Source of the DNA: Alphaproteobacteria bacterium
GTDB taxonomy: Bacteria > Pseudomonadota > Alphaproteobacteria > SHVZ01
NCBI GenBank assembly: GCA_016869285.1
Contig: VGEN01000005.1
Coordinates: 182-64,181 of the forward strand
Direction of reading: 5' to 3'
Length of the DNA stretch: 64,000 nucleotides
A program made the position numbers and the translations under genes. Under the pieces are notes generated by a model. The model was not told the origin of the DNA. It was given only the letters and a program-made list of their open reading frames with translations, and did no database searches. The stretch's first letter is position 1. Every line of letters begins with the position of its first letter. Positions 9,238-19,015 of the stretch are shown here, piece by piece.

Positions 9238-10917
9238 GTGCTGAAGCCCGGCTCGGTCTTCCTCAGCCGCACGCCAATCGCCGGCCGCAAGGGCGCGGTC
9301 GCCTGCGGGCATCAGGAAGCGGCGGAGCTTGGCCTCGATGCGCTAAGGCGCGGGGGCAACGCCATCGATGCAGCGATTGCCGGCGCCTTCGCCTCCTTCG
9401 TCGTCGAGCCGCAGATGTGCGGCATCGGCGGCCATGGCCGCCTGTCGGTCTATCTCGCCGACAGAGGGCAGGCGATCGGCATCGACCACTTCATCCGCGC
9501 GCCCAAGGCGGCGACGCCGGAAGTGTACGCGGCGGCGCTAACGCGCTGGCGCAACGCCGGCTGGGGCGGCACCGAGGGCGCGATCAACACCACCGGCCAC
9601 CTTTCGGTCGGCATCCCCGGCACCGTTGCCGGCCTTTGGGAGGCGCATCGCCGCTTCGCCAGGCTCCCCTGGCGCTCGCTGGTCGGCCCGGCGATCGAGC
9701 TCGCCCGTGCCGGCATTGCCGCCGATGCGCGCCTGACCCTTTCCATTGCCGGCCGCACCGGGGAGATCCGCCAGCATCCGGAAGCAGCGGCGCTACTGCT
9801 GCCGGACAATGCGCCGCCGCGACCGGCAAACGCCGGCGGCGCGCTTCATCGCTTCGACTTCTCCGACATGGCAAAGACGTTGGAGGCTATCGCCGAAAAG
9901 GGCGCTGCCGCCTTCTATGACGGCCCGCTCGCCGCCGCGATCGATGCCGAGATGAGAAAGGCCGGCGGGTTGCTCACCGCCGAGGATTTGGCCGGCTACA
10001 AGCCCGACACCTTCCAGCAGCCCTGGTACGAGTATCGCGGCCGCGGCTATGTCACCTGCGGCGATCTGATATTCGCCGAGACGCTCAACATCCTCGAGCG
10101 CTTCGACCTCGGCAGCCTCGGTCAGGGAAGCGCCGAATCCTTCCACCTGATCGCCGAGGCGCTGGCGCAGTCTTTCGCCGACAGTTTCGCGCACGCCGCC
10201 GACCCCCGGCACCTGAAGGCACCGCTCGAAGGACTGGCGAGCAAGGCCTTCGCCGCTGTGCAGGCGGCGCGCATCCGCACGGATCGCGCGCAACGGACGT
10301 ACGCCCCGGGCGATCCCTGGCCGCATCAGGGCCCGACGCCCTCGGTCCCGCCTCCGCCCTTCGAAGGCACGACCCAGATCGCCGCCGCCGACGCCGACGG
10401 CAACATGGCGAGCCTGATTACCAGCCTCGGCAGCGCCTTCGGCTCTCTGGTTCTGATCCCCGGCACCGGCGTCTTCCTCGGCAATGCCATGCAGTGGTTC
10501 GACCCGACACCGGGGCGGGCCAACTCGGTCGGTCCGGGACGCATGCCGCTCTATGCCGCGCCGGTCGCGATCTTCCGCGAAGGAGGACGAGCGCTCGGCG
10601 CCATCGCCGGCTCCGGCGGCTACCGGATCCAGCCCGCGGTCCTCTTCGCGGCAATCAACCGCCTCGACTACGGCGTTGATCCCCAACGTGCGATCGACCT
10701 GCCGCGAATTCACACCGAAGGTGAAGGGCTGGAGGTCGACACGCGCATCGCCGCATCCGTAACCGAGCGGCTGAAAGCGCTGGGCCATTGCGTGCGGCCC
10801 GTCGACGGCTCCGGCTTGCCTACGGCCTTCGGCCGTCCTTCGGCCGTGTGGCGTGCCGCCGATGGCAGCCTGATTCCGGCCAGCGACGCCCGCTCCGGCG
10901 GCGTCGCCGCCTTCTGA
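9238..10917 (+). CDS. Gamma-glutamyltransferase-family Ntn hydrolase, atypical (copy 2)
   Basis: GGNAIDAAIAGAF, VEPQMCGIGG, GIPGTVAG, GTTQ, GSGG, AIDLPRIH. Start re-picked to GTG at 9238 after GAGGA. Confidence 0.85.
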   Translation: MLKPGSVFLSRTPIAGRKGAVACGHQEAAELGLDALRRGGNAIDAAIAGAFASFVVEPQMCGIGGHGRLSVYLADRGQAIGIDHFIRAPKAATPEVYAAALTRWRNAGWGGTEGAINTTGHLSVGIPGTVAGLWEAHRRFARLPWRSLVGPAIELARAGIAADARLTLSIAGRTGEIRQHPEAAALLLPDNAPPRPANAGGALHRFDFSDMAKTLEAIAEKGAAAFYDGPLAAAIDAEMRKAGGLLTAEDLAGYKPDTFQQPWYEYRGRGYVTCGDLIFAETLNILERFDLGSLGQGSAESFHLIAEALAQSFADSFAHAADPRHLKAPLEGLASKAFAAVQAARIRTDRAQRTYAPGDPWPHQGPTPSVPPPPFEGTTQIAAADADGNMASLITSLGSAFGSLVLIPGTGVFLGNAMQWFDPTPGRANSVGPGRMPLYAAPVAIFREGGRALGAIAGSGGYRIQPAVLFAAINRLDYGVDPQRAIDLPRIHTEGEGLEVDTRIAASVTERLKALGHCVRPVDGSGLPTAFGRPSAVWRAADGSLIPASDARSGGVAAF

Positions 10918-10994
10918 CCGATGCCCGTCGCTTTGCGGCACGTTCCGGCCACCCACGCGACGTGAGATGAACCGACCCACCAAGAGGAATTGAG

Positions 10995-12341
10995 ATGGCC
11001 CTTCCCGCCAAAGCCAAATATGTCGTCATCGGTGCCGGCGTGCACGGCTTGAGCACCGCCTACCACCTGGCGACCGAGCTCGAATCGAGCGGGCGCGGCT
11101 CGGGCAAGGATATCGTCATCCTCGACAAGACCGGGATAGCTGCCGGCGCCTCCGGCATCGCCTGCGGCGTCATCCGCAACAACTACTTCCAGCCGGCGAT
11201 GCGCGAGCTGATGGCCGAGTGCGTCGCGGTCTGGGAGAGCGACCCGAAAGCCTTCAGCTACCACCCGGTCGGCTACATGCAGATCTCTCCTGAAGTGATG
11301 CATGAGAATGTCGGCACGATCGCGAAGCAGCAGAAGGACATCGGCTACGACTCTGTTTTCATTGAGGGCGAGGTAGACTGCACGAAGTACATGAAGGGCC
11401 TGTTCGACGATTGGCAGGCCAAGGGCATCACTTCGGTCCTGCACGAGAAAAAGGGCGGCTACGCCAATAACCGCGCCTCGATGTACGGGCTGGCGAAGAA
11501 GGCCGAGGCCAAGGGCGTCCGGATCGTCGCTCCCACGAAGGTCACAGGCTTCAAGTTCGGATCGAACAGCAAGGCAGTTTCGGCGGTCGAGACCGATCGC
11601 GGCACCATCGCCTGCGACTATGTCGTGGTCGGCGTCGGCCCCTGGATCAATCAGATCTGGGGGATGCTGGAGCTGCCGAAGAGCGTCGACATCAAGGGCC
11701 GGGACGGCAAGATGCACAAAGGCGTCGGCATGTGGACCTATTGGTGCCTGGAGGAAGGCACGCTCGGCGTCGATCCCAAATACGGGCTCATGAACGACGG
11801 CAGGATGGGCCCGGTGATGCATGTCGACACCGACGCGCCGCTCCACTCCGATGAGGACGGGTCCCTCATCACCGACAAGCTCTGGGGCATCTACTACAAG
11901 CCCGACTTCAACTTCGACGGCATCCAGGGCGGCGCCATGCCGTACAAGGTGGAGACGCCCGTCGACCAGGTGAAGATCGACCCCTATGGGCCTGACTCGC
12001 CGGAGTTCATCGTCGATGCGAACTTCGCGCATATGTTCACCTCGGCGCTCGCCTTCTGCCAGAAGCGCTACTCTGGGCAGGCGCACAAGTGGAAGCACGA
12101 GCCCTCGGGCGGTCTCGGCTGCTTCACCCCGGACAGCTTCCCGGTTTTTGATGTCTTCCGCGAGAACGTCTATGTGCTCGCCGATTCGAACCATGGCTAT
12201 AAGATGATCGCGGTCGGCAAGCTCGCCGCCGGAGAGATCGTCAGCGGCCAGAAGAATCGGCTATTGGAACCCTTCCGGATCTCGCGCTTTCCAGAAGGCA
12301 AGCTGCATCCGGTGTCGAATTCTCCATTCCCTTGGAGCTGA
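10995..12341 (+). CDS. FAD-dependent oxidoreductase, DAO/sarcosine-oxidase-beta-like
   Basis: VVIGAGVHGLSTAYHL dinucleotide-binding motif; GASGIACG; FTPDSFPV; SNHGYKM..GKL. Confidence 0.85.
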   Translation: MALPAKAKYVVIGAGVHGLSTAYHLATELESSGRGSGKDIVILDKTGIAAGASGIACGVIRNNYFQPAMRELMAECVAVWESDPKAFSYHPVGYMQISPEVMHENVGTIAKQQKDIGYDSVFIEGEVDCTKYMKGLFDDWQAKGITSVLHEKKGGYANNRASMYGLAKKAEAKGVRIVAPTKVTGFKFGSNSKAVSAVETDRGTIACDYVVVGVGPWINQIWGMLELPKSVDIKGRDGKMHKGVGMWTYWCLEEGTLGVDPKYGLMNDGRMGPVMHVDTDAPLHSDEDGSLITDKLWGIYYKPDFNFDGIQGGAMPYKVETPVDQVKIDPYGPDSPEFIVDANFAHMFTSALAFCQKRYSGQAHKWKHEPSGGLGCFTPDSFPVFDVFRENVYVLADSNHGYKMIAVGKLAAGEIVSGQKNRLLEPFRISRFPEGKLHPVSNSPFPWS

Positions 12342-12342
12342 C

Positions 12343-13737
12343 ATGACCAGCCGCGCCGTCGCCTTCACCCGCAAGCTCCGCTTCCAGGACCTGCCGGAGA
12401 CGGTGGTCGAGCAGGCCAAGCTCTGCCTCGTCGATCTGATGGCAGCGGCAGCCGCGGGCATGGAAACCGCGATGTCGCGGATCATCCGCAAGCACGCGGC
12501 GGAAGTGTTCGGCGGCGGCAAGGCCGGCGTTCGCATGCTGCTCGACGGCAGACGCACGAGCTGGCCGGGCGCGGCGCTGGCCGGCGGCATCACCATCGAT
12601 GCCTTCGACTCCCATGACGGCCATGTGCTGACCAAAGGCCATGCCGGCGTCGCTATCCTGCCGACCCTGCTGGCGCTGGCCGACGGCGAGACGAGAGTCT
12701 CCGGCCGCGAGTTCCTCACCAGCCTCGTGATGGGCTACGAGATCGCGATCCGTGCCGGCATCGCCACGCACCGGACCTGCAAGGACTATCACACCTCCGG
12801 TTCCTGGAACGCGCTCGGGGCCGCTGCGGTGGTCGCCCGCTGGCTCAGGCTGTCGCCGGCGGTGACGCGCGAAGCGCTCGGCATCGCCGAATATCACGGG
12901 CCGCGCAGCCAGATGATGCGCTGCATCGACTTCCCTACCATGGTCAAGGACGGCTCCGGCTGGGGGGCGATGGCCGGCGTCAGCGCCGCGCTGCTGGCGC
13001 GCGACGGTTTCACCGGGGCGCCGTCGCTGGTCTCCGAAGCCGAGGATGTCGCCGACCTCTGGGCCGACCTCGGCACGCGCTGGCGGATCATGGAGATGTA
13101 CTTCAAGCCCTATCCGGTCTGCCGCTGGGCGCAGCCGCCGATCACCGCGAGTCTCGGACTCCTGGCGCAGCACGGGATCAAGGGCGCCGACGTAACGGGG
13201 ATCGAGGTCGAGACCTTCCACAATGCCGTCAGGCTCGCGACCCGCGCCCCGAAGACGACCGAGGAAGCGCAGTACAGCCTCCCCTTCCCGGTCGCCGCCG
13301 CGATCGTCCATGGCCGCGTCACCGCGCGCGAGGTCGACGGTGCTGGATTGCGGCACCCGCGCGTGCTCAAGCTCGCCCAGGAGATGACGCTGACCGAGGA
13401 CCTGGCACTTACCGCGGAGTTTCCGGCCCGCCGCATCGCCCGCGTGAAGCTCACGACCAAGGACGGCCGCGTACTAGCTTCCGAGCCGACCGAGGCTCTC
13501 GGAGATCCCGAGCGCCCGCTCGGGCCCGAACGCATCCTTGCCAAGTACCGCGAAACCGCCGAGCCGGTGCTCGGCGCCGCTCGTGCCGGGAAGATCCTCA
13601 AGGAGGCGATGCAAATGGATGGCGCCAAGGCCGATGCCCGCGCCTTCGTCGACCTGGCGCTGGCGCCGGTGAAAGCTCAGCGTGCGACAAAGCGCCCCAG
13701 CAACAGCCGCACGCTCGCCATCGCTGCCGACGACTGA
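12343..13737 (+). CDS. MmgE/PrpD-family protein
   Basis: AKLCLVDLMAAAAAG; DAFDSHDGH..GHAG; FKPYPVCRWAQ; AQYSLPF; GDPERPL. Confidence 0.88.
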   Translation: MTSRAVAFTRKLRFQDLPETVVEQAKLCLVDLMAAAAAGMETAMSRIIRKHAAEVFGGGKAGVRMLLDGRRTSWPGAALAGGITIDAFDSHDGHVLTKGHAGVAILPTLLALADGETRVSGREFLTSLVMGYEIAIRAGIATHRTCKDYHTSGSWNALGAAAVVARWLRLSPAVTREALGIAEYHGPRSQMMRCIDFPTMVKDGSGWGAMAGVSAALLARDGFTGAPSLVSEAEDVADLWADLGTRWRIMEMYFKPYPVCRWAQPPITASLGLLAQHGIKGADVTGIEVETFHNAVRLATRAPKTTEEAQYSLPFPVAAAIVHGRVTAREVDGAGLRHPRVLKLAQEMTLTEDLALTAEFPARRIARVKLTTKDGRVLASEPTEALGDPERPLGPERILAKYRETAEPVLGAARAGKILKEAMQMDGAKADARAFVDLALAPVKAQRATKRPSNSRTLAIAADD

Positions 13738-13743
13738 CAGTCC

Positions 13744-13893
13744 CTATTCGGCCGGCCCCTTCGACGGCGCAGCGGCACCCTGATCGAGCATCCGGTCACG
13801 GTCGGCCATCCAGCCGTGGAAAATCCAGACCAGGCCGAACATCGTCAGAAGAGTGAAGATCATGACCATGATCAGCAGAAACAGCTCATGCAT
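13744..13893 (-). CDS. Small single-pass membrane protein, 49 aa (not in ORF track)
   Basis: MHELFLLIMVMIFTLLTMFGLVWIFHGWMADRDRMLDQGAAAPSKGPAE*, with a GAGGAGG RBS 4 nt upstream. It fills an otherwise empty intergenic gap. Confidence 0.7.
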   Translation of the reverse strand: MHELFLLIMVMIFTLLTMFGLVWIFHGWMADRDRMLDQGAAAPSKGPAE

Positions 13894-13955
13894 GAACGCC
13901 TCCTCAACAATTTGAGAAGGCTCTCGCCGCGCGGGCCGATCGTCATTGACTCAGA

Positions 13956-14455
<500 letters not shown>

Positions 14456-15346
14456 GATGGTCGGCACATGGTCCGGCATGACCATGTATTTGTACCCGGC
14501 ATCCCGATAGAGACGGAGCGAGGCCGGCATGTCCATGTCGTCGTCGTCGGTAAAGGTCTCCATGAAGTCGAGCTTGCGCCCGCAGATGTTGAGGAAGTGG
14601 ACGTTGAAGATCTTGCCGCGGCTGCCGAACCAGCGGATGACCTCCCCCACCTCCGATTTCGGGTCGTCCAGCATCTCGCCGATCGTGCCCTGGCAGAAAT
14701 TGCGGCCGTGATAGGGGCTCGCCTCGATCTCGACGAAGCGCTTCAGGCCCTCGACCGTACCGAGAACGCGCGTGACGCCGCGCCAGCCGGGTGGCGTGTA
14801 GGGATCGTGCGGATGGCAAGCGAGCCGCACCTTGCTGGATGTCGCGACCGGCACGACGCGCTTCAGGAAGTATTCGATCCGCGCCCAGTTCTCCTCGGGA
14901 TGGACGATGCCGGCGACGCCCGGCGGCGCCTTCTGATCGGCCTCCGCCCAGCGGAAGGACTCGTTGCGCGATCCTCCGCGCCCTAGGGAGGGCTTGGTAC
15001 GCGGGATGCCAATGATGTTGAGATTGTACTTGGCGGCCGGGATTCCGGCTTTTCCGATCCGCTCGATCAGCGCGCAGATCGAGTCGATCTGGCGGTCGCG
15101 ATCGGGGCCGGCGGTCAGGATGTCTGGGCTGTCCTGCTTCTCGATCGGCAGCGAGTTCATCGGCAGCTGCACCATGTCGAGGACGAGGCCGAAGCTCTCG
15201 ACCTTTTCGCGGTGCCTGTTCAGAACGTCGAGCGACCAGTGATGCGGATTCCCCTCGGGGTCGGCGCAGATGTGGCGCACGCCGAGCTGTGCCCAAACGC
15301 GATAGTCGCTATCGTCGCGAGCCTTGACCTGGGTTCCGAGATACAC
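14456..15346 (-). pseudogene. Mannonate dehydratase (UxuA)-family gene, 3'-truncated and fused in frame to the ABC fragment
   Basis: [12 protein letters not shown].., [40 protein letters not shown] motifs. The sequence switches to ABC ATPase immediately after DHVPTI. GTG start at 15346 follows GGGAGGGG. Confidence 0.75.
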
Positions 15347-15480
15347 CGCCCCTCCCCGCCGCTCCGCTTGCCGCCGAGGATAGCGGACATGCCCGAGGCC
15401 CGGCACCGGGCTTTCGGACCGTTGCAAGGCCTGCACGGATGGTAGGCTAGGATCGACGCCCGTTGACACAGGGGAGCCCC

Positions 15481-16185
15481 ATGGATGTAGAGGCGCTGGT
15501 CTTCGATGTCTTCGGCACCTGCGTCGACTGGCGCGGCACCATCATCCGCGAGGCGGAGCGATGGGCGCGCGCGTATGGCCGCCCCATCGACGGCGCCGGC
15601 CTCGCCGATGCCTGGCGTGCCGCCTATCAGCCGGCGATGGAGGAGATCCGCAGCGGCCGGCGGCCTTTCGCCCATCTCGATACGCTCCATCGCGAGAACC
15701 TCGACCGGATTGCCGCCCGCTTCGGTCTTTCCGGCCTCGACGAAGCGACGCTGTCTCATATCAACCGTGTCTGGCATCGGCTCGATCCCTGGCCGGACAC
15801 GGTGCCGGGACTCCGGCGGCTGCGCGCGCGCTTCCTCCTGGCGCCGCTCTCCAATGGCGGCGTCGGCTTGCTGACGCGCATGGCCAAGCGCGCCGGCCTG
15901 CCCTGGGACCTGATCCTCTCCGGCGAGCTGTTCGAGGGCTACAAGCCCGAGCCCAAGGTCTATCTCGGCGCCGCGCGGCTTCTCGACCTGCCGCCGCAGA
16001 AGGTGATGATGGTCGCTGCGCACAATGGCGACCTTGGCGCCGCCGCGGCGCTCCGCCTGCGAACCGCCTTCGTGCGCCGGCCGACCGAGCACGGCCCGGC
16101 CCAGACGACCGATCTCACACCCGCGCAAAAGTGGGATTACGCCGTCGACAGCATGGAAGACCTGGCCGACGCGCTCGGCTGCTAA
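15481..16185 (+). CDS. Haloacid dehalogenase type II (HAD superfamily)
   Basis: [36 protein letters not shown]. Confidence 0.9.
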   Translation: MDVEALVFDVFGTCVDWRGTIIREAERWARAYGRPIDGAGLADAWRAAYQPAMEEIRSGRRPFAHLDTLHRENLDRIAARFGLSGLDEATLSHINRVWHRLDPWPDTVPGLRRLRARFLLAPLSNGGVGLLTRMAKRAGLPWDLILSGELFEGYKPEPKVYLGAARLLDLPPQKVMMVAAHNGDLGAAAALRLRTAFVRRPTEHGPAQTTDLTPAQKWDYAVDSMEDLADALGC

Positions 16186-16739
16186 CCGAGCTCGAACTCC
16201 GCGAGCGCGCGCGTCACTGCCTGGTCGACGATATCGCCGATCGTCTTGGGCTGGCGCGCGAAATCCGGCACGGGCGGCATCACCGTGGCGCCGTAGCGGG
16301 TCACGCGCTCGATCAGCTCGATATGCCCCAGGTGCAGCGGCGTTTCGCGCAGCATCAGCACGACCCGACGACGTTCCTTCAGGCAGACATCGGCAGCGCG
16401 AACGACGAGGTTATCGTCGTAGGAGTTGGCGATGCCGCTCAGGGTCTTGATCGAGCACGGCACCACCAGCATTCCGAGCGTGCGGAAGGAACCGCTCGAC
16501 ATCGAGGCGCCGATGTCCTTGTAGCTGTGCACGACCGAGGCGAGCTTGCGGACCTGAGCGGCGCTGCGATCGGTCTCCTCCTCGATGGTGCGGAGCGCCG
16601 AGGGCGAAACGATCAGATGTGTCTCGACGAGCTGCTTCTTCAACAGCTCCAGCGCACGGATGCCGAAGATGGCGCCCGAGGCGCCGGTGATCGCGACGAT
16701 AAGGCGCCTGGGCGCCGGCGCTTCCGCCTTCCTCGCCAT
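16182..16739 (-). CDS. ubiX: UbiX-family flavin prenyltransferase (short C-terminus)
   Basis: VAITGASGAIFG, SSGSF, VPCSIKTLSGIA, RAADVCLKERR, RETPLH. Confidence 0.9.
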   Translation of the reverse strand: MARKAEAPAPRRLIVAITGASGAIFGIRALELLKKQLVETHLIVSPSALRTIEEETDRSAAQVRKLASVVHSYKDIGASMSSGSFRTLGMLVVPCSIKTLSGIANSYDDNLVVRAADVCLKERRRVVLMLRETPLHLGHIELIERVTRYGATVMPPVPDFARQPKTIGDIVDQAVTRALAEFELG

Positions 16740-16744
16740 GCCGC

Positions 16745-17125
16745 CTAGCCGACCTCCTTCACGAGCTCATCAAGCGCGTGAAAAGCGGCGTTGGCGGCCG
16801 GCACGCCGCAATAGATCGCCTGCTGCAGCACGATCTCCTTGAGATCGGCAGCCGTCATTCCGCCTTCGGTCAGCGCGGCACGCGCGTGCATCCTGAACTC
16901 GTCCCAGCGTGACAGCGCCAGCAGCGTGCCGATCACCAGTATCCGGCGGGTGCGGACATCGAGGCCGGGACGCGTCCAGATCTCGCCCCAGGCGTAGCGG
17001 GTGATAAGGTCCTGGAACTCGCGCGTAAGATCGCTGGTTTTCGCCGCCGCCCGGTCGACATGGGCGTTGCCGAGCACCTTGCGGCGCAGGCTCATGCCGG
17101 CGGCATGGCGCTCCTTCTCATCCAT
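16745..17125 (-). CDS. pcaC: 4-carboxymuconolactone decarboxylase
   Basis: GMSLRRKVLGNAHVDRA, FQDLITRYAWGEIWTRPGL, AIYCGVPAAN. Start re-picked to MDEKER at 17125. Confidence 0.93.
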   Translation of the reverse strand: MDEKERHAAGMSLRRKVLGNAHVDRAAAKTSDLTREFQDLITRYAWGEIWTRPGLDVRTRRILVIGTLLALSRWDEFRMHARAALTEGGMTAADLKEIVLQQAIYCGVPAANAAFHALDELVKEVG

Positions 17126-18464
17126 CCTTCTTCTCCCGAGCCAGCGCGCGTGCAACGTACGCCGCTGCCATGCCAAGATAGGCTTCCGGCATCAGCGCCG
17201 TCTCGATATCGATCGGGCTCAGATATCGGCTGACTTGCGGATCGGCGGCGAGCACCGCTTCCAGGGGCATTTTCTCTTCGACCGCACGGCGGCAGGCCGC
17301 CGCGACCACCGCGTGAGCCTGGACCTTACCCATTCGGCTCGCGAGGGTCGCCGACACCGACTCCGCGAGCGCGAGACCATTCGTGGCATCCAGGTTCGCG
17401 CGCATGCGTTCGGCATCGACGACGAGGCCGGTCAGTGCCTCCGCCATCGCGCGCGCCGCACCGCCGACAACGCGCACCAGCTCGGGCAGCGTCTCCCACT
17501 CGGCCTGCCAGCCGCCGAGGCCGCGCTCATGCTCCTGGTCCATCGCGCCGAGCAGCGTGGCGACCAGCCCGGGCGCACGTTTCGCCGCAGCGAGCACAAC
17601 GGCAGCCGAGACGGGGTTGCGCTTGTGCGGCATCGTCGAGGAGCCGCCCCGACCCGCGGCCGGCGCCTCATAGGCCTCGCCGATCTCGGTCTGACCCAGC
17701 AGCGCCAGGTCATGCGCGATCTTGCCGAGCGTTCCGGCGGCGATGCCGAGCGCGCCGGCAAGACCGGCGAGCCGGTCGCGATGGCTGTGCCAGGGCATGT
17801 CCGGAACCGGCAAGCCGAGCCGCTTGCCGAGCTCCTCGGCAAGATCGAGCCCTTCCGATCCGAGCGATGCCAGCGTGCCGGCAGCGCCGCCGAGCTGAAG
17901 CACGCAGGCGGCGTCGCATTCGGAGGCGATCCGTACGCGGACGCGGCGGAGCGCCGAGAGCCATCCCGCCGCCTTGAGCCCGAACGTGACCGGAACCGCC
18001 TGCTGCATCCAGGTGCGTCCGGCCATCGGCGTCGTCGCATGCTTGCGCGCATGACCGGCGGCGGCAGCGGCGGCGCGATCGAGCTGCGCCAGGATCGGCG
18101 GCGCGGCGCGGCGAAGCTGCAGCACGAGCCCGGTATCGATGATGTCCTGGCTGGTCGCGCCGACATGCACGAAGCGCGCGGCATCCGCGTCGGCCTCGGC
18201 TACGCGCCGGGTCATCATTCGGACCAGCGGGATGAGCAGGTTGCCCGCCTTCGCTGCCTCTTCAGCCAGGGCGCCCAGATCATAGAGCGACGCCGTCGCC
18301 GCGGCCCGGATCGCCGGCAGAGCGTCGCGCGGCACAAGCCCGATCTCGTTCGCGGCTTCAGCAAGCGAGACCTCGACATCGAGCATCGCCTGCACGCGGG
18401 CTTCGTCGGACAGCGCCTGCTCGACCTCGGGATCGCCGAACAGGCGGGCGTGAATCCTGCTCAC
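17118..18464 (-). CDS. pcaB: 3-carboxy-cis,cis-muconate cycloisomerase
   Basis: HVGATSQDIIDT, MAGRTWMQQA, GGSSTMPHKRNPV, QEHERGLGGWQAEW; located in a pca operon. Confidence 0.93.
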   Translation of the reverse strand: MSRIHARLFGDPEVEQALSDEARVQAMLDVEVSLAEAANEIGLVPRDALPAIRAAATASLYDLGALAEEAAKAGNLLIPLVRMMTRRVAEADADAARFVHVGATSQDIIDTGLVLQLRRAAPPILAQLDRAAAAAAGHARKHATTPMAGRTWMQQAVPVTFGLKAAGWLSALRRVRVRIASECDAACVLQLGGAAGTLASLGSEGLDLAEELGKRLGLPVPDMPWHSHRDRLAGLAGALGIAAGTLGKIAHDLALLGQTEIGEAYEAPAAGRGGSSTMPHKRNPVSAAVVLAAAKRAPGLVATLLGAMDQEHERGLGGWQAEWETLPELVRVVGGAARAMAEALTGLVVDAERMRANLDATNGLALAESVSATLASRMGKVQAHAVVAAACRRAVEEKMPLEAVLAADPQVSRYLSPIDIETALMPEAYLGMAAAYVARALAREKKDG

Positions 18465-19015
18465 GGCGCGAAGAACACCGTCTCGTCTTCGCCCTGCAGG
18501 GCGAGGTCGAAGCGATAACGGCCGTCGCCGGTGCGCTTCGCCACCAGCGTCTTCACGCGATCGGCGGGGACGCGCTCGAGGATCGGGTCTTGGTCGTTAG
18601 CGGGTTCATCCTCGAAATAGATCCGCGTCACCAGCCGGGTCAGCACGCCGCGAGCGAAGACACCGACGACGAGATGCGGAGCTTGCTGGCGGTTGCCGGG
18701 TCCTGGCACCGCCCCGGGTTTTACCGTGGTCAGAATGAACCTTCCATCGCCATCGGTCGCAGCTCTCCGAAAGCCGTCGAAAAACCTATCGGTCCCGGCG
18801 CGTCCATCCTCGGGATGGTGATAGCGACCGGCTGCATCCGCCTGCCAGGTCTCGATCAGCGCGTCCGGCACGGGAGCGCCGGCACCGTCCTTGACCACTC
18901 CTTCGACGACGATGCGGTTGCCTTCGGTTGCGCCGACCGGTCGGTCGCAGCCCTCGAAGATGAGCCCGAAGCGGAAGAACGGGCCGACCGTCTGGAACGG
19001 CGTCGCTCCGCTCAT
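18461..19015 (-). CDS. pcaG: Protocatechuate 3,4-dioxygenase alpha subunit
   Basis: TPFQTVGPFF, IETWQADAAGRY, QAPHL..FARG, TRIYF, YRFDLALQGEDETVFF. Confidence 0.95.
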   Translation of the reverse strand: MSGATPFQTVGPFFRFGLIFEGCDRPVGATEGNRIVVEGVVKDGAGAPVPDALIETWQADAAGRYHHPEDGRAGTDRFFDGFRRAATDGDGRFILTTVKPGAVPGPGNRQQAPHLVVGVFARGVLTRLVTRIYFEDEPANDQDPILERVPADRVKTLVAKRTGDGRYRFDLALQGEDETVFFAP

